Origin: an uncultured Prolixibacteraceae bacterium
Lineage (GTDB): Bacteria > Bacteroidota > Bacteroidia > Bacteroidales > FEN-979
NCBI GenBank assembly: GCA_964642545.1
Contig: CAZXQU010000001.1
Coordinates: 37,171-101,170 of the forward strand
DNA: 64,000 bases
Direction: 5' to 3'
Under the pieces are notes generated by a model. It made no database searches. It saw only the letters and a program-made list of their open reading frames with translations, and was not told the DNA's origin. This document shows, one piece after another, positions 62,986 to 64,000 of this stretch (the first letter of the stretch is position 1; each line of letters opens with the position of its first letter). The translations under genes and the position numbers were made by a program.

Positions 62986-63048
62986 GACGTGAGACGTGGG
63001 ACGTGAGACGTGGGAAGTGAGACGTGAGACGTAAATCGTAAATCGAAC
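62986..63048. repeat. morphing heptamer array x9 (GACGTGR to ATCGTAA) after the DUF349 gene
   Basis: The units are gacgtga gacgtgg gacgtga gacgtgg gaagtga gacgtga gacgtaa atcgtaa atcgaac. The array starts 3 nt after the TAA at 62981-62983. Confidence 0.95.
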
Positions 63049-63110
63049 TGCGAAGCACTCATGAACACCAATGAAATTAGTAATTTGTGAATAATTAATC
63101 GGAGGTCAAA

Positions 63111-64000
63111 TTGTCCAGCAACTCCATAGGAAAAAACATCGTACTGACTACTTTCGGGGAGTCTCACGGGACTGCTGTTGGAGGGATTCTAGATGGATTT
63201 CCTGCAGGGATTGAGATCGACATTCCTATGATTCAATCGGAAATCAACCGGCGTAATCCTGCCAAATATCCGTTTGCCACAGCACGAAAAGAGGATGATA
63301 AACTGGAGATTCTTTCCGGTATCTATGACGGGCAGTCAACAGGGGCTCCAATTGCATTTCTGGTTTATAACCATGATCAAAGGCCCGAGGAATACGATAA
63401 CCTGAAAGACCTCTACCGGCCTTCGCATGCCGACTTTACCTATGAGGCGAGATACGGGATCCGGGATCCGCGTGGTGGCGGAAGGGCTTCGGCACGTACC
63501 ACACTTTCGGTTGTTGCCGGAGGAGCCTTTGCGAAACAGATTCTTGCCCTGAATAAAATCATTGTTATCGGGTATGTTTCCCAAATCGGGCCACATTCGC
63601 TACCAACAGGGTTTAGTCTTGCCGATCGTGCACTTGTAAAACTTTCTCCCCTTGCATGTCCGCATGAAAAGACGACCCAAAAAATGCTTGATTTCCTTCA
63701 CACGTTGAAAGAAGAGGGCGATACAGCAGGAGGTGTCATCTCATGTGTCATCAAAGGTGTTCCCGCCGGAATCGGCGATCCGTTGTTTGGCAAAATCCAG
63801 GCCGACCTGGCCAAAGCGATGCTGAGCATCAATGCGGTAAAAGGATTTGAATACGGATCGGGCTTCAAAGCCGCCTCCATGAAAGGATCAGAGCACAACG
63901 ATGAATTCATCCTGGAAGAGAACCTGATCAGAACAAAAACCAACCACGACGGCGGCATCCAGGGAGGCATCTCCAACGGGATGGACATCACCTTCAACGT
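63111..64000 (+). CDS. aroC: chorismate synthase; 3' end off-window (absent from the supplied ORF track)
   Basis: My own translation from TTG 63111 gives LSSNSIGKNIVLTTFGESHG...RPSHADFTYEARYGIRDPRGGGRASARTT...SINAVKGFEYGSGF...TNHDGGIQGGISNG. No stop occurs before the window edge. An in-frame TAA at 63096-63098 limits any upstream extension. Confidence 0.9.
   Translation, partial: MSSNSIGKNIVLTTFGESHGTAVGGILDGFPAGIEIDIPMIQSEINRRNPAKYPFATARKEDDKLEILSGIYDGQSTGAPIAFLVYNHDQRPEEYDNLKDLYRPSHADFTYEARYGIRDPRGGGRASARTTLSVVAGGAFAKQILALNKIIVIGYVSQIGPHSLPTGFSLADRALVKLSPLACPHEKTTQKMLDFLHTLKEEGDTAGGVISCVIKGVPAGIGDPLFGKIQADLAKAMLSINAVKGFEYGSGFKAASMKGSEHNDEFILEENLIRTKTNHDGGIQGGISNGMDITFN

Noticed and set aside
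1-64000. Search by eye for mobile elements, defence systems, tRNA/rRNA/tmRNA and riboswitches.
   Set aside because: No transposase, integrase, restriction, Cas, toxin-antitoxin or ATPase-nuclease gene pairs were recognised. No intergenic region longer than ~290 nt exists, and none shows a tRNA-like cloverleaf or known riboswitch cores that I can recognise. Absence cannot be proven without covariance-model searches (tRNAscan-SE, Infernal/Rfam).

Overview
This is a compact chromosomal housekeeping segment from a Bacteroidota-type genome, with 51 protein-coding genes and very short spacers. The phylum call rests on a T9SS C-terminal sorting domain, a TonB-dependent receptor paired with DUF4249, many TAnnTTTG -7 promoter boxes and an almost complete lack of Shine-Dalgarno sites. 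Two genes run off the window edges: maeB at the 5' end and aroC at the 3' end. aroC is missing from the supplied ORF track. Recognisable genes are maeB, csp, dnaN, plsY, prmA, tpiA, folP, cdaA, def, ruvX, dapD, tsaC, purB, pyrK, pyrD, murB, guaA, gcvT, miaA and aroC. There are also envelope and glycan genes (GT9, GT2, two GT4-like, CapD-like, M23, a PagL-like protein, patatin-Omp85) and proteases (M49 DPP3, tricorn). I saw no tRNA, rRNA, CRISPR, transposase, integrase, or obvious defence or toxin genes. All product names come from motif and architecture recognition by eye; no database search was possible. The most unusual signal is not a gene cluster. It is a dense population of 7-8 nt tandem arrays, similar to cyanobacterial STRR repeats, at about 19 loci. 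These arrays usually abut or contain start and stop codons, make up whole intercistronic spacers and 5' leaders, sit in frame inside three CDSs, and flank a decayed Cys/Met-PLP enzyme remnant. Secondary candidates are a tightly packed four-gene exported cluster of unknown function ending in a modular LRR protein (42740-47552), a 1498-aa orphan secreted protein coupled to prmA, and a perfect 32-nt palindrome that supplies the murB stop codon.
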